A DNA stretch of 26,651 bases from Methylibium sp. (GCA_040375795.1 JBEIRS010000001.1:1-26651); one strand, 5' to 3'. Positions 9,372 through 20,375 are shown, counted from the stretch's first letter. Notes: a model not told the origin generated them from the letters alone. A program made the numbers and translations.

Positions 9372-9649
9372 CCGTGCAATTCTCCATTGTTCAATTGGTC
9401 CCACGATTCCAACACCAGCCGCTGGGTTCGGTATTCACCGTATTCTCGCAGTTCTTTGTTTTTCAGCACACGGAAAGTTTCGCTGGGGTCATCGTCGCCC
9501 ATCACGTCCGCGGGGTCGAGGATGTAGCGGAGTTCGTCGCGAGTCAGGCCGTAGAGTTTGGCGTAGGTGGCGTCGAGTTCGGCGCGGAGTATAGTATCGC
9601 GCGGCGCTCGGGGTTGAAGGCATAGGGTTGGCCGTCAAAGCCTAAATCC
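9356..9649 (-). pseudogene. C-terminal remnant of a large Eco57I/type IIG-like (DISARM DrmMI-like) DNA methyltransferase
   Basis: Manual translation gives DLGFDGQPYAFNPERRAI / LRAELDATYAKLYGLTRDELRYILDPADVMGDDDPSETFRVLKNKELREYGEYRTQRLVLESWD, a C-terminal signature I recognise from this MTase family. It is cut at 9649 by an IS3 end and frameshifted by a 5-bp duplication. Its stop overlaps the ATPase start. Confidence 0.65.
9588..9597. repeat. Perfect 5-bp tandem duplication AGTAT-AGTAT
   Basis: Seen directly. Removing one copy restores the reading frame RRAILRAELDA of the MTase remnant. Confidence 0.8.
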
Positions 9650-10041
9650 TGACCTTGCCCCTCGTTCCCGGAGTCGTTAACCTGTGGTTTACGCAGCCTT
9701 TTTACGCTGTGCCGTGAACCAGCGTTTCTCGAATTGCATTGGACTGAGGTCGTCCAGTGATGAATGTAGTCTGCGGTGATTGTAAAAAGCGATCCAGTTC
9801 ATCACGGCTTGCAGGGCTTGTGGACGGGTGGTAAATTGGCGCCCATGCACGCTGGCTGTCTTGAGACGGCCCCAGAAGCTCTCCGTGGCTGCGTTGTCCC
9901 AGCAGGTCCCCTTGCGGCTCATCAACGAGCGCATCCCCCAACTCTTCCATGCATCCTGGAATTCCTGACTGCCGTATTGACTGCCTCTGTCGCCATGGAA
10001 GATCAGGCCAGGCTCGGGCTTTCGCCTGAACCAGGCCATGT
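9650..10041 (-). mobile_element. IS3-family remnant: 3' part of the OrfB transposase plus the right terminal repeat
   Basis: MAWFRRKPEPGLIFHGDRGSQY..MSRKGTCWDNAATESFWGRLK..FYNHRRLHSSLDDLSPMQFE is an rve/DDE core, with its stop at 9689. The terminus TGACCTTGCCCC at 9650 has the IS3 5'-TG..CA-3' form. The 5' part is missing. Confidence 0.85.
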
Positions 10042-10219
10042 CTACTACCCCTTGGCGATCCTGCCCACGGCCGCAGAGCAGAGTTTTGATTGGCAATTGC
10101 AATTATTGATGGATCGGAAGCGTAAGCTCGCTTTGAATCTGCTGGCTGCTCCCACGTTCACTAAAGATGACTATGACGGCTTGATATCTGGTATACAAAG
10201 ACGGGCGACTGCAGCCTGA
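10040..10219 (+). pseudogene. Possible C-terminal remnant of an SNF2-family helicase
   Basis: VYYPLAILPTAAEQSFDWQLQLLMDRKRKLALNLL resembles the segment that follows motif VI in SNF2-like defence helicases. The fragment is short and has no catalytic motifs, so the call is tentative. Confidence 0.35.
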
Positions 10220-10228
10220 GGTCACCTT

Positions 10229-10258
10229 TGAGCTGCCCCATCAGACATACCAATCACC
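10229..10258 (+). mobile_element. Possible orphan IS3-family terminal repeat (TGAGCTGCCCC...)
   Basis: Resembles IS3/IS407-type ends (TGAxCTGCCCC). No partner end or transposase follows. Confidence 0.25.
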
Positions 10259-10313
10259 TGGAAAGATGTTCGGGACAGCGATCCAGTTCCTGGTCGCAGT
10301 TATTGCAGACATC

Positions 10314-10511
10314 AGAGCGTGTTAATACTGATCGAAGGTATTATAAAAAGCTCCAATACTGATGGATATGGAACTCAATACTCAACAATACCGACGTATA
10401 GCCGATGCACTCCCTCGGCAGCGCCGCAATCACGTAGAACGCCTGTTTCGCAGGCTGAAGGGCTTGAGGCGCATCTACACTCGCTTCGAAAAACTCGAAA
10501 AATCAATTTGA
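10314..10511 (+). mobile_element. Internally deleted IS5-family (IS427-like) remnant; 47-aa fused mini-ORF at 10368-10511
   Basis: The ORF MELNTQQYRRIADALPRQR|RNHVERLFRRLKGLRRIYTRFEKL joins an IS5 OrfA-like N-terminus to the IS5 C-terminal motif (RN.VERLFRRLK.FRRI.TRFEKL). AGAGCGTGTTAAT at 10314 resembles a left end. Confidence 0.62.
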
Positions 10512-10537
10512 CATCCCCCAACCTCGCCAAGCACAAT
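10508..10537 (+). promoter_or_regulatory. Putative sigma70 promoter of the thi operon
   Basis: TTGACA (10508-10513), an 18-bp spacer, then CACAAT (10532-10537). This places the start site at the 5' edge of the TPP aptamer. Confidence 0.5.
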
Positions 10538-10542
10538 GGAGG

Positions 10543-10636
10543 GCTGCTCCGGGGTGCTGGGAATTGTCCCGGCTGAGATGGCCACTGTGTTCAAACCCGT
10601 GAACTTGAACCGGCTCGCACCGGCGTAAGAAGAGCG
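10543..10636 (+). ncRNA. TPP (thi-box) riboswitch aptamer
   Basis: GGGGTGC..GCTGAGA..ACCCGTGAACTTGA..GG..ACC.GCGTA follows the TPP consensus order, P1 is GCTC/GAGC, and it lies directly upstream of thiC. Confidence 0.9.
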
Positions 10637-10656
10637 ATCGATCCCTCTGCTTGTAA

Positions 10657-12606
<1,950 letters not shown>

Positions 12607-12609
12607 GCC

Positions 12610-13734
12610 ATGGGGGGCGGTTTGAAAATCGGCATTGCCGGGGCGGGCCTTTTAGGGCGCCTCTTGGCTTGGCAATTGTGCCAGCAGGGGCATCATATTT
12701 CTGTTTTTGATCCTGCATCAGATGCCCTTCCTCGCTTTGATGGTCAGGGGGCGGCCGGCTTCACCGCAGCCGGTATGCTCAGCCCCCTGGCTGAACTGGA
12801 TGGCGCCTCACCGCAAGTGGCTTGCCTGGGCTTGCGCTCACTTCTGTTGTGGCCACGCATTCTGGCGACTCTGCCTCAGGCTCCCTTTTTTGCCCAAAAA
12901 GGCAGCCTGCTGGTGGCCCACCGCAGTGACCTTGGCTCTGCCCAACGAGTCCTGTCACGACTAAAACAAGCCCCCCCGGAGATGCCTCAGCCCGAGCCCC
13001 TAGACTCGGCCTATTTGAAGCAACTCGAACCGGCTTTGCATGGGGTGACCCACGCATGGCTGCTGCCCGGCGAGGGGCAAATCGATCCACCTGGCACACT
13101 GGCTGCGCTGTACGAACAAGCCCGCCAAGAGGGGGTGGCATGGCATTGGGGCGTGGCTGTCGAGCAGGTCAAGCCAGGCTGCCTGACCCTCCAGGGGCAG
13201 GGTTCAGCCTTCTATTTTGATTGGGTTTTTGACGTGCGCGGTTTGGGAGCTCGCTCCCCCCAGCGCCCCCCCCAAGTCACAGATCAGCCGCCTCTGCGGG
13301 GTGTTCGTGGAGAGATCATCTGGCTTCACGCGCCCGGGCATGGCCTGACCCGCCCCGTGCGCCTGTTACATCCACGCCACCGTGTGTATCTGGTGCCGCG
13401 CCCTCAGGACACGGTGGTGATTGGTGCCAGTGAAATCGAAAGTGAAGACCGCAGCCCCGTTTCCTTGCGCACCGCCCTGGAGCTGATGTCTGCGGCCTAT
13501 AGCATCGTTCCCGCACTGGCAGAAGCTCGTATCTTACGCATGGATGCCAATTTGCGGCCTGCGCACCCTGATCACGAACCCAGCCTTCATGTCGAACCTG
13601 GCCGGGTCTGTATCAATGGCTTGTTTCGGCACGGTTGGCTGCTGGCCCCTGCCATGATTGAGATGGCACTGGCCAGGCTGGCCGCATGTCACACCACTTC
13701 CTTGGCCCCCCTCAACCCCAAAGGTGTTTGCTGA
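12610..13734 (+). CDS. thiO: FAD-dependent glycine oxidase ThiO
   Basis: GxGxxG (IAGAGLLG), AAGMLSP, RGVRGE, YLVPR, LRPA and NGLFRHGWLLAP; located between thiC and thiS. Confidence 0.88.
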   Translation: MGGGLKIGIAGAGLLGRLLAWQLCQQGHHISVFDPASDALPRFDGQGAAGFTAAGMLSPLAELDGASPQVACLGLRSLLLWPRILATLPQAPFFAQKGSLLVAHRSDLGSAQRVLSRLKQAPPEMPQPEPLDSAYLKQLEPALHGVTHAWLLPGEGQIDPPGTLAALYEQARQEGVAWHWGVAVEQVKPGCLTLQGQGSAFYFDWVFDVRGLGARSPQRPPQVTDQPPLRGVRGEIIWLHAPGHGLTRPVRLLHPRHRVYLVPRPQDTVVIGASEIESEDRSPVSLRTALELMSAAYSIVPALAEARILRMDANLRPAHPDHEPSLHVEPGRVCINGLFRHGWLLAPAMIEMALARLAACHTTSLAPLNPKGVC

Positions 13735-13961
13735 TGAATACTCCTCTTGCCACTGATCACGTCAGGATCACACTGGATGGCCAAGCGCATGATCTTCCTG
13801 CGGGCAGCTCTTTGGCCGATTTGCTTGCCTCCTTGGGTCATGGCGAGGACGCTGTGGCGACGGCTGTCAACCAATCTTTTGTGCCACGCAGCCAACGGGC
13901 GACCACCCTTTTGCGCCCGGGTGATCAGGTCTTGTTCTTTCAAGCCATCGTGGGTGGGTAA
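13734..13961 (+). CDS. thiS: Sulfur carrier ThiS (75 aa)
   Basis: ATG coupled to the thiO stop (TGATG); VATAVNQSFVPR and a C-terminal IVGG. Confidence 0.92.
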   Translation: MNTPLATDHVRITLDGQAHDLPAGSSLADLLASLGHGEDAVATAVNQSFVPRSQRATTLLRPGDQVLFFQAIVGG

Positions 13962-13968
13962 GTTGACG

Positions 13969-14790
13969 ATGACTTCACATTCCATCCCCTCCCCCCCCGA
14001 AGACACCTGGTGTATTGGCCCGGTGACGCTGAGCAGTCGATTTTTAATTGGCAGTGCAGCGTACCCCTCGCCCCAGCACCTGAGTGAGGCCATTGAGGCG
14101 TCAGGCTCGCAAATCGTGACGGTGGGCCTCAAACGCACCCTGGCAGCCGCTGGCGACAACGGTTTTATGATACAGCTCATGCACACCCTCAAAAAACAGG
14201 GAGCATACCTGTTGCCAAATACAGCGGGGTGTCGCAGCGCCCGTGATGCCATCCAACTGGCTCACATGGCTCGCGAGCTTTATGGCACCAATTGGCTCAA
14301 ACTTGAGGTGGTGGGTGATGACTATACTTTGCAGCCCGACCCTTTTGAATTGGTCTTGGCAGCCGAGCAATTGGTGCGACATGGTTTTACGGTGTTTCCT
14401 TATTGCACCGAAGACCTCATCACCTGCCGCCGTCTGCTTGATGCAGGCTGCCCATTGTTGATGCCCTGGGGGGCACCGATTGGCTCCGGGCAGGGTTTGC
14501 TTAACCCCTTTGCCTTGCGCACCCTGCGTGAACGCTTGCCCGACACCGTGCTCATCATTGATGCCGGCATTGGTGCTCCGTCGCATGCAGCTCAAGCCAT
14601 GGAAATGGGCTTTGATGCTGTCTTGCTGAACTCGGCTGTGGCCCAAGCTCAAAACCCTGTTCGTATGGCAAAGGCCTTTTGTCAGGCCATCGAGGCGGGT
14701 CGATCCGCTTTCTTGGCCGGAATGATGGCAACGCAAGATTTTGCGGTCGCCAGCACCCCGGTGGGAGGCCAGCCTTTTCTGGTCAATTAA
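13969..14790 (+). CDS. thiG: Thiazole synthase ThiG
   Basis: LSSRFLIGS, LPNTAGC, WLKLEV (Schiff-base Lys), MPWGAPIGSGQG, IDAGIG and AMEMGFDAVLLNSAVA. The ORF-track start at 13747 overlaps thiS and is too early. Confidence 0.96.
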   Translation: MTSHSIPSPPEDTWCIGPVTLSSRFLIGSAAYPSPQHLSEAIEASGSQIVTVGLKRTLAAAGDNGFMIQLMHTLKKQGAYLLPNTAGCRSARDAIQLAHMARELYGTNWLKLEVVGDDYTLQPDPFELVLAAEQLVRHGFTVFPYCTEDLITCRRLLDAGCPLLMPWGAPIGSGQGLLNPFALRTLRERLPDTVLIIDAGIGAPSHAAQAMEMGFDAVLLNSAVAQAQNPVRMAKAFCQAIEAGRSAFLAGMMATQDFAVASTPVGGQPFLVN

Positions 14791-14829
14791 CCTTTATTTG
14801 TCATTCACAGCACCTTAAAACCTGCTTTT

Positions 14830-16434
14830 ATGCCCTCATCTTCTCGCCCCATCCTCTGGAGCATCGCTGGAACCGACAGTGGTGGCGGTGCAGGCTTGTC
14901 TGCCGATCAACGGGCTTCTGAAGCCTTGCAAGTTCACCTTTGTCCGGTGGTGGCAGCCATCACTGCTCAAAATTCAATGCGGGTCACACGAATTGATTGT
15001 GTCGGTCTTGAATGCTTGAATGCCCAGTTGGAAACCTTGGCCGAAGATATGCCCCCCCAAGTCATCAAGACAGGCTTGATCGGTGATGCGGAACAAATCA
15101 AGTGTCTTGCCCAGTGGATAGATCGTTTGCGACAAAACGGCCCTGTGGCTTTGGTGGTGGACCCTGTTTTGGGCGCAAGCACCGGGGCTTCTTTTGCCGA
15201 CACCTCGACGCTTCGCGCCTACGTTGAGCACCTTCTGCCACGCGCCACCTTGCTCACCCCGAACCACTCTGAAGCAGCCCGGCTGCTTGGGCAAAATCAG
15301 CCGCTCAAAGACATTCCTGCAGCCGCTGAGGCCCTGCGGCAACAAGGCTGTGAATCCGTGTGTATCACCGGAGGAGACACCAAAGCTGCTTCAGTCAACC
15401 CCTCACTGGCCCTTGATTGGCTGGCCACCCCGCAGGCTCATGGCTGGCTGGCTTTACCCCGTGTGAATACCACCCACCATCACGGCACTGGCTGCACTTT
15501 TGCAACCGCCGCCGCCTCTGGCTTGGCGCGTGGGTTTGTCAGTGCCGATGCCTTGGTGTTGGCCAAAATGGCGACCTGGCAATCACTGCGGCAGGCACAG
15601 GCTCTTGGGGGCCTTGGCGTAGGGGCCGGCCCGGTTCAAGCACGGCCCGATTTTATTTTTGATCAAGCCACCCTGCCTCGACTGTCTTGGGGCTTGCAGC
15701 CGCATTTTCCTGCGCCGTCCCGGGTTCACGACAGCAGGCCCTTGGGCCTGTACGCCATCGTTGATTCCCCTGAACGTTTACAGTGGGTTTTAAAGGCAGG
15801 GGTTCGCACAGTTCAATTGCGAATCAAAACATCCTCCAAATCCACCCCCGAGGGGTCTCAGGCCCTGCGCCAAGCCATTCAGGAGGCGGTCAATGCCAGC
15901 CGCAATGCCCAGGCCAGCTTATTTATCAATGATCACTTTCAAGACGCTTTAGAGTGCGGAGCCGAGGGCCTACACTTGGGCCAGGAAGATTTACTCGCAC
16001 TCACCGATGAACAGCGTGACCAGCTTTGTCAACATGTTTCACTGGGCATCAGCAGCCACAGCCTGTGGGAGTTATGCCGCGCCAGTGTTTTGAACCCTAA
16101 GTACATTGCCTGCGGCCCCGTGTGGCCCACCACCACCAAAGAGATGCCCTGGCAGCCCCAAGGCCTCAACAACCTGGCCTGGTGGTGCAAAATGTCTCCC
16201 AGGCCGGTGGTGGCCATTGGGGGCATTCTTGAAACTTGGCAAATTGAGCAAGCCGCCCGCCAAGGCGCTGATGGCGTTTGTGTGGTGAGGGGCCTTGGAA
16301 ACCAGCCCGAAAGCACCGTGCCCTTTTTTCAGCAAGCCTTCGACACAGGACGGGCGTCACAGCGGCCAAGTATCGCCTGGCCGCAGCCCACCTTGATCCA
16401 GGCCCAGGATCCATGCCATGAACCCGCCCTCTGA
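14830..16434 (+). CDS. thiDE: Bifunctional ThiD-ThiE fusion (HMP/HMP-P kinase plus thiamine-phosphate synthase)
   Basis: N-terminal IAGTDSGGGAGLSAD, VVDPV, LLTPN and HGTGCTFA (ThiD); C-terminal VQLRIK, FINDH, HLGQED, YIACGPVWPTTTK and VAIGGI (ThiE). Confidence 0.92.
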   Translation: MPSSSRPILWSIAGTDSGGGAGLSADQRASEALQVHLCPVVAAITAQNSMRVTRIDCVGLECLNAQLETLAEDMPPQVIKTGLIGDAEQIKCLAQWIDRLRQNGPVALVVDPVLGASTGASFADTSTLRAYVEHLLPRATLLTPNHSEAARLLGQNQPLKDIPAAAEALRQQGCESVCITGGDTKAASVNPSLALDWLATPQAHGWLALPRVNTTHHHGTGCTFATAAASGLARGFVSADALVLAKMATWQSLRQAQALGGLGVGAGPVQARPDFIFDQATLPRLSWGLQPHFPAPSRVHDSRPLGLYAIVDSPERLQWVLKAGVRTVQLRIKTSSKSTPEGSQALRQAIQEAVNASRNAQASLFINDHFQDALECGAEGLHLGQEDLLALTDEQRDQLCQHVSLGISSHSLWELCRASVLNPKYIACGPVWPTTTKEMPWQPQGLNNLAWWCKMSPRPVVAIGGILETWQIEQAARQGADGVCVVRGLGNQPESTVPFFQQAFDTGRASQRPSIAWPQPTLIQAQDPCHEPAL

Positions 16435-19400
16435 GCCACAATTATCCACACCAGACGGCCCGCCCCAGCACCACGAGCCATCATCCGCTCACCATGTGCG
16501 TATTTTTTCAGCCTGGGCCGGCGCCTTCAAATTGTTATTGTTCATCATCGTTTTTGGGCTTTTGCTTCACGCCAGCCTGATTTTTCTGGTGCCATGGGCT
16601 TTACAAGGCCCGATCGCCCAGGAACTTTCAGTGCAACTGGGGCGGCAGGTCAGCATTCAAAGCGCTCAATTCAACCCCTTTCAACTCAAGCTGATACTGA
16701 ATCAGATGTTGGTAAAAGAGGGGTCCCCAAGCTCTCCAGCGCTTTTTTCAGTCGGGCAGATATTCATTGACGTATCGGCTCAATCTTTGATGGCGATGGC
16801 CCCCATATTGAACCGAGTCACTCTCACTGAACCCCGCCTGCACTTGGTACGCCAGCCCGACGCGAGCTTCAATGTGTCTGATCTGGCTGTCAAATGGGGG
16901 GCTGACCACAGCAAGGCGTCCAGCGCACCTGCGCGTTTTTTGATTCGAAACCTTGGCCTTCATCGTGGCACCATTCATTTTGACGACCAGTACCAAGCCA
17001 GCCAGCATGTGATCGAGGGTATTGAGTTTTTTCTTCCCTCAATCACCACCCTCACCGACCCAGCCAACCAAGCCATCGCGCCACGCTTGACCGCTCGCTT
17101 GCACGGTGGTGAAATTCAATGGTCTGCTCAGGCCAAGCCGTTTGCCGCCAGCCCAGAAGCCTCATTCCATTTGGTGATCAAGGGCCTGCATGTCGCCGAT
17201 GCGCTCAAAAACACCCGCTCCATGATGCCTTGGTCTATTCGCCAAGGCCGGCTTGATTCCGAGTGGACGGGCTTGCTTCAAAGCCATTCGGTGGCCCTCC
17301 AAAACGCCCAGCAAGGTCAGGCAACATCGCGCCAAGGCGCACTGTCAATTCAGGCCCACGGTGATGCTTTGTTACAGTCTCTTCAGCTTGCCGGCCCCGT
17401 TGGTCAAGGCTTGAGGCTGGCGCAAGCCAAACTGAAGGGCTTGACTTTGGAGCTTGATTTTCCCACAGGGGGCCCAAAATGGTCAGCCCAAGCCGCCCAA
17501 ACAGCCTTGGCTGAACTTGAAATACAAGGACACGGTGATACCGCCGCGCCGCTGTCAATTCATCAGGTGTTACTGAGCAGGCTCCAAGCCAACAGCATAC
17601 ACAAAACCCTCAGATTCGCGTCGGCTCAGATCGAGGGGGCGCAACTTCGGCTCAAGCGGCAGGGTGATGGTTTGATTGATTTTCCAGCCCAGATCGCCGC
17701 GCTCACCAGTCACACGGCAACGTCACCCCAACCCTCCCCCCCAGCGAACCCTCTGACGCCTGAAAAGCCCTGGAAATTCGAACTCGATCGCTTGGATGTT
17801 TCTGATATCAACGCTCACTGGCGCGACGAATCAAGCCAGCCCCCGATCGACTGGAGCCTTGAAAAGCTCCAGGGCCAGCTTCAGTCTCTTTCAATCCCCC
17901 CAAGCCAAGCCCTGACTTTTGATTTACAAACTCAAATCAAAAATGGCGGAAGTCTGGCGGTGCAAGGCCAGAGCGAGCCCCACTTAGGCCGCCTCGACAC
18001 CGCCCTTCAACTGAAAAACTTTAACCTGAATGCCCTCAAGCCCTCCCTCTCAACTTTCCTGAACCTCGATGTGGCCACAGGATATCTGGATCTGGACGGG
18101 CATCTTGGGGTCGAATCGGCCACGACACCCAATGTCCGCCTTCGTTTGAGAGGCACAAGCCATATCCACAAGCTGGACACCCGCGAACCGCACACCGACG
18201 ATCATTTCCTTGGCTGGCGCCAATTGAAGATCAAAGACCTAGACATTGACCTGCACCCCCTCACCCCCTCATCGAAAGATCACGCGAACATCGGGGCCAT
18301 CGAAATTCAAGATTTGTTCGCCAAAATTGTCATCAATCCTCAAGGTCGATTCAACCTCCAAGACCTCCTTCGACACGATCCTTCCAGGCGCTCAGCCCCA
18401 GACGCCCAAGCCTCGTTCATATGGCCCCCGTGGGCCATTGGCGGCATTGGTATTTCAGGGGGCAGACTGAATTTCACGGATCGCTACATCCAACCTCATT
18501 ACCACACCACCATCACGGATCTCAACGCCACCCTCTCCTCATTATCGATGGCAGGGCCCCCAGCGCAACTTCAGCTTCAAGGCCGCATTGAAGGCGATGC
18601 CCCGTTGCTGGCCGAAGGAAAAATAGACCCTTTCGGTGACTCGCTATTTCTCGATCTTACGGCCAAAGCACGCGGCATTGACCTCCCGACCCTCTCGCCT
18701 TATTCTGCCAAATATGCAGGGTACCCGATTGTTCGTGGCAAGCTTTCAATGGAAGTCAACTACCGCATTGAGCAGGGTCGGCTTGAAGCTCAAAACTCCA
18801 TTTTTCTTGACCAGCTCACGTTTGGTGAACGCATCGAGAGCCCCAAAGCCACTCAGCTTCCCGTACTGTTTGCTGTTGCCCTTCTCAAAAACAGCCGAGG
18901 CGAAATCAAGCTTCATTTACCTATTTCAGGTTCCTTGAATGACCCTCAATTTTCAGTGGGATCCGTGGTCGGCAAAGCACTTTTTAACCTTGTCAAAAAA
19001 GCCATTGCGTCTCCCTTTACTTTTTTAGCCTCGATCTTCGGCACGGGGACAGGTGATTTCAGTAGTGCCGAATTTATTCCTGGCACGGCTGAATTGTCAC
19101 CCGAAGCTCTGCCCCGGCTGGAAAAACTGGCCCAATCATTGAAAGACCGGCCCGCACTCAAGCTCGACGTGGCTGTTCATATCCACACCGACCTTGAGCT
19201 CGGTGAATGGCGCAAAGTCCAGCTCATGGAGCGGCTTCTGGCGGCACGCCATCAAGATGGCGCCACATCCGACCCCTTTGACCCCAACCCGCGCCACTGG
19301 AGCGAAAAAGATTACACCTTCTGGATTCAGCGGCTTTATGACAACACGCCCATCATCCAGCCACCCCGCAATGCCCTGGGCCTGCGAAAAGTAATTTCTG

Positions 19401-19642
19401 TCACAGAAATGGAAACACTGTTGTTGGCTGCCATCAACCCCAGTGAGGCCGAATGGCAGGAGTTGGCCCAAGAACGAGCCCATACCATCCGATCCGTCTT
19501 GAGTGCACAAATTTCGATTGATCGCATCTTTACACTCGCTCCGGTCATCTCAGCGGCCACTCCCCCTTCTGACCCTGAAGGCACAGCCTCACAAACCCCA
19601 TCTGAATGCTCATCCGCCTGTGCTGTTTTCGGCCTTCATTGA
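16418..19642 (+). CDS. DUF748 (AsmA-like) envelope protein with a C-terminal OmpA-like region, 1074 aa
   Basis: N-terminal transmembrane segment followed by LGRQVSI..FNPFQLKL. Repeated beta-rich units, SPYSAKYAGYPIVRGKL, LPVLFAVALLKNSRGEIKLHLPISGSLNDPQF and LAQSLKDRPALKL. Confidence 0.85.
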   Translation: MNPPSEPQLSTPDGPPQHHEPSSAHHVRIFSAWAGAFKLLLFIIVFGLLLHASLIFLVPWALQGPIAQELSVQLGRQVSIQSAQFNPFQLKLILNQMLVKEGSPSSPALFSVGQIFIDVSAQSLMAMAPILNRVTLTEPRLHLVRQPDASFNVSDLAVKWGADHSKASSAPARFLIRNLGLHRGTIHFDDQYQASQHVIEGIEFFLPSITTLTDPANQAIAPRLTARLHGGEIQWSAQAKPFAASPEASFHLVIKGLHVADALKNTRSMMPWSIRQGRLDSEWTGLLQSHSVALQNAQQGQATSRQGALSIQAHGDALLQSLQLAGPVGQGLRLAQAKLKGLTLELDFPTGGPKWSAQAAQTALAELEIQGHGDTAAPLSIHQVLLSRLQANSIHKTLRFASAQIEGAQLRLKRQGDGLIDFPAQIAALTSHTATSPQPSPPANPLTPEKPWKFELDRLDVSDINAHWRDESSQPPIDWSLEKLQGQLQSLSIPPSQALTFDLQTQIKNGGSLAVQGQSEPHLGRLDTALQLKNFNLNALKPSLSTFLNLDVATGYLDLDGHLGVESATTPNVRLRLRGTSHIHKLDTREPHTDDHFLGWRQLKIKDLDIDLHPLTPSSKDHANIGAIEIQDLFAKIVINPQGRFNLQDLLRHDPSRRSAPDAQASFIWPPWAIGGIGISGGRLNFTDRYIQPHYHTTITDLNATLSSLSMAGPPAQLQLQGRIEGDAPLLAEGKIDPFGDSLFLDLTAKARGIDLPTLSPYSAKYAGYPIVRGKLSMEVNYRIEQGRLEAQNSIFLDQLTFGERIESPKATQLPVLFAVALLKNSRGEIKLHLPISGSLNDPQFSVGSVVGKALFNLVKKAIASPFTFLASIFGTGTGDFSSAEFIPGTAELSPEALPRLEKLAQSLKDRPALKLDVAVHIHTDLELGEWRKVQLMERLLAARHQDGATSDPFDPNPRHWSEKDYTFWIQRLYDNTPIIQPPRNALGLRKVISVTEMETLLLAAINPSEAEWQELAQERAHTIRSVLSAQISIDRIFTLAPVISAATPPSDPEGTASQTPSECSSACAVFGLH

Positions 19643-19688
19643 TCAAACTTTTTGCGCACTGCTTACACATAATGGGGTTTAGCTCCAC

Positions 19689-20375
19689 CTACTTAGCTGC
19701 CACAACCAGCTCAGTTGTATGGCCGTTGATTCGCTCAGTTTGAGAGTGGTTGCTGTAAGTCGGCCAGTCTGGGTAATATTCTTCAGACTGATCACCCCAT
19801 ACCTGCCAGCCTGGACGAGCACCACGGGCGAACATTTCCAGATAAGGGCCAGGACTGCATGATTCGACTATCTCGTAAAACTCATCCGGCTTACGAGAAT
19901 GCTCCCGCTTCCGCGTTGCCAAGAAATTGACCTGGCTTCGACCTGGATCAAGGGTACGAGCATTCTTACCTCTCACACCAAACAAAATTAGCTCGGTGAC
20001 ATTGCGAAAATAGAAACCCACACCGCGCCCGTCTGGGCCTCCATCTTTGCGGATCTTGTGCCACACTAAATTGCTCTTGTATTGGAACCCCCAAGCCTCC
20101 ATTACACGCAATCCGTCAGGCAATAGCGCATTAGGAACCCAGAGGTATAAGTGTGCTGTGTCCTCGGCAAGTTGTTCCACTGGCAAGGCCATAATATCTT
20201 CAAGCTGCATCGTGTCATAGCGTGAAAGGCGCTTGTGCTCCGGGGCTACCTTGCCTGTACGATTTTGAAATTGCCACGGCGGGTCAGCAAGAATTGTTGA
20301 AAAACGCTGTCCGCTATGCGCGGTCAATAATTCACGCGCTGCATCAGGGGCAGCATCTGCTTTTTGTTTTGTCAT
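19689..20375 (-). CDS. MT-A70-family (MunI/METTL3-like) DNA N6-adenine methyltransferase, about 228 aa
   Basis: TILADPPW (motif IV), HLYLWVPNALL, AWGFQY, RNVTELILFG, HSRKP and YLEMFAR (permuted motif I). ATG 20375 overlaps the upstream stop (ATGA). Confidence 0.93.
   Translation of the reverse strand: MTKQKADAAPDAARELLTAHSGQRFSTILADPPWQFQNRTGKVAPEHKRLSRYDTMQLEDIMALPVEQLAEDTAHLYLWVPNALLPDGLRVMEAWGFQYKSNLVWHKIRKDGGPDGRGVGFYFRNVTELILFGVRGKNARTLDPGRSQVNFLATRKREHSRKPDEFYEIVESCSPGPYLEMFARGARPGWQVWGDQSEEYYPDWPTYSNHSQTERINGHTTELVVAAK

Noticed and set aside
9776-10219. 147-aa plus-strand ORF as a real gene
   Set aside because: Its first ~88 codons are the antisense of the IS3 transposase; only the last 59 codons look like a separate fragment.
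14830-16434. ThiD-ThiE fusion as a novelty
   Set aside because: Fusions of these two activities are well known; annotated as a feature only.
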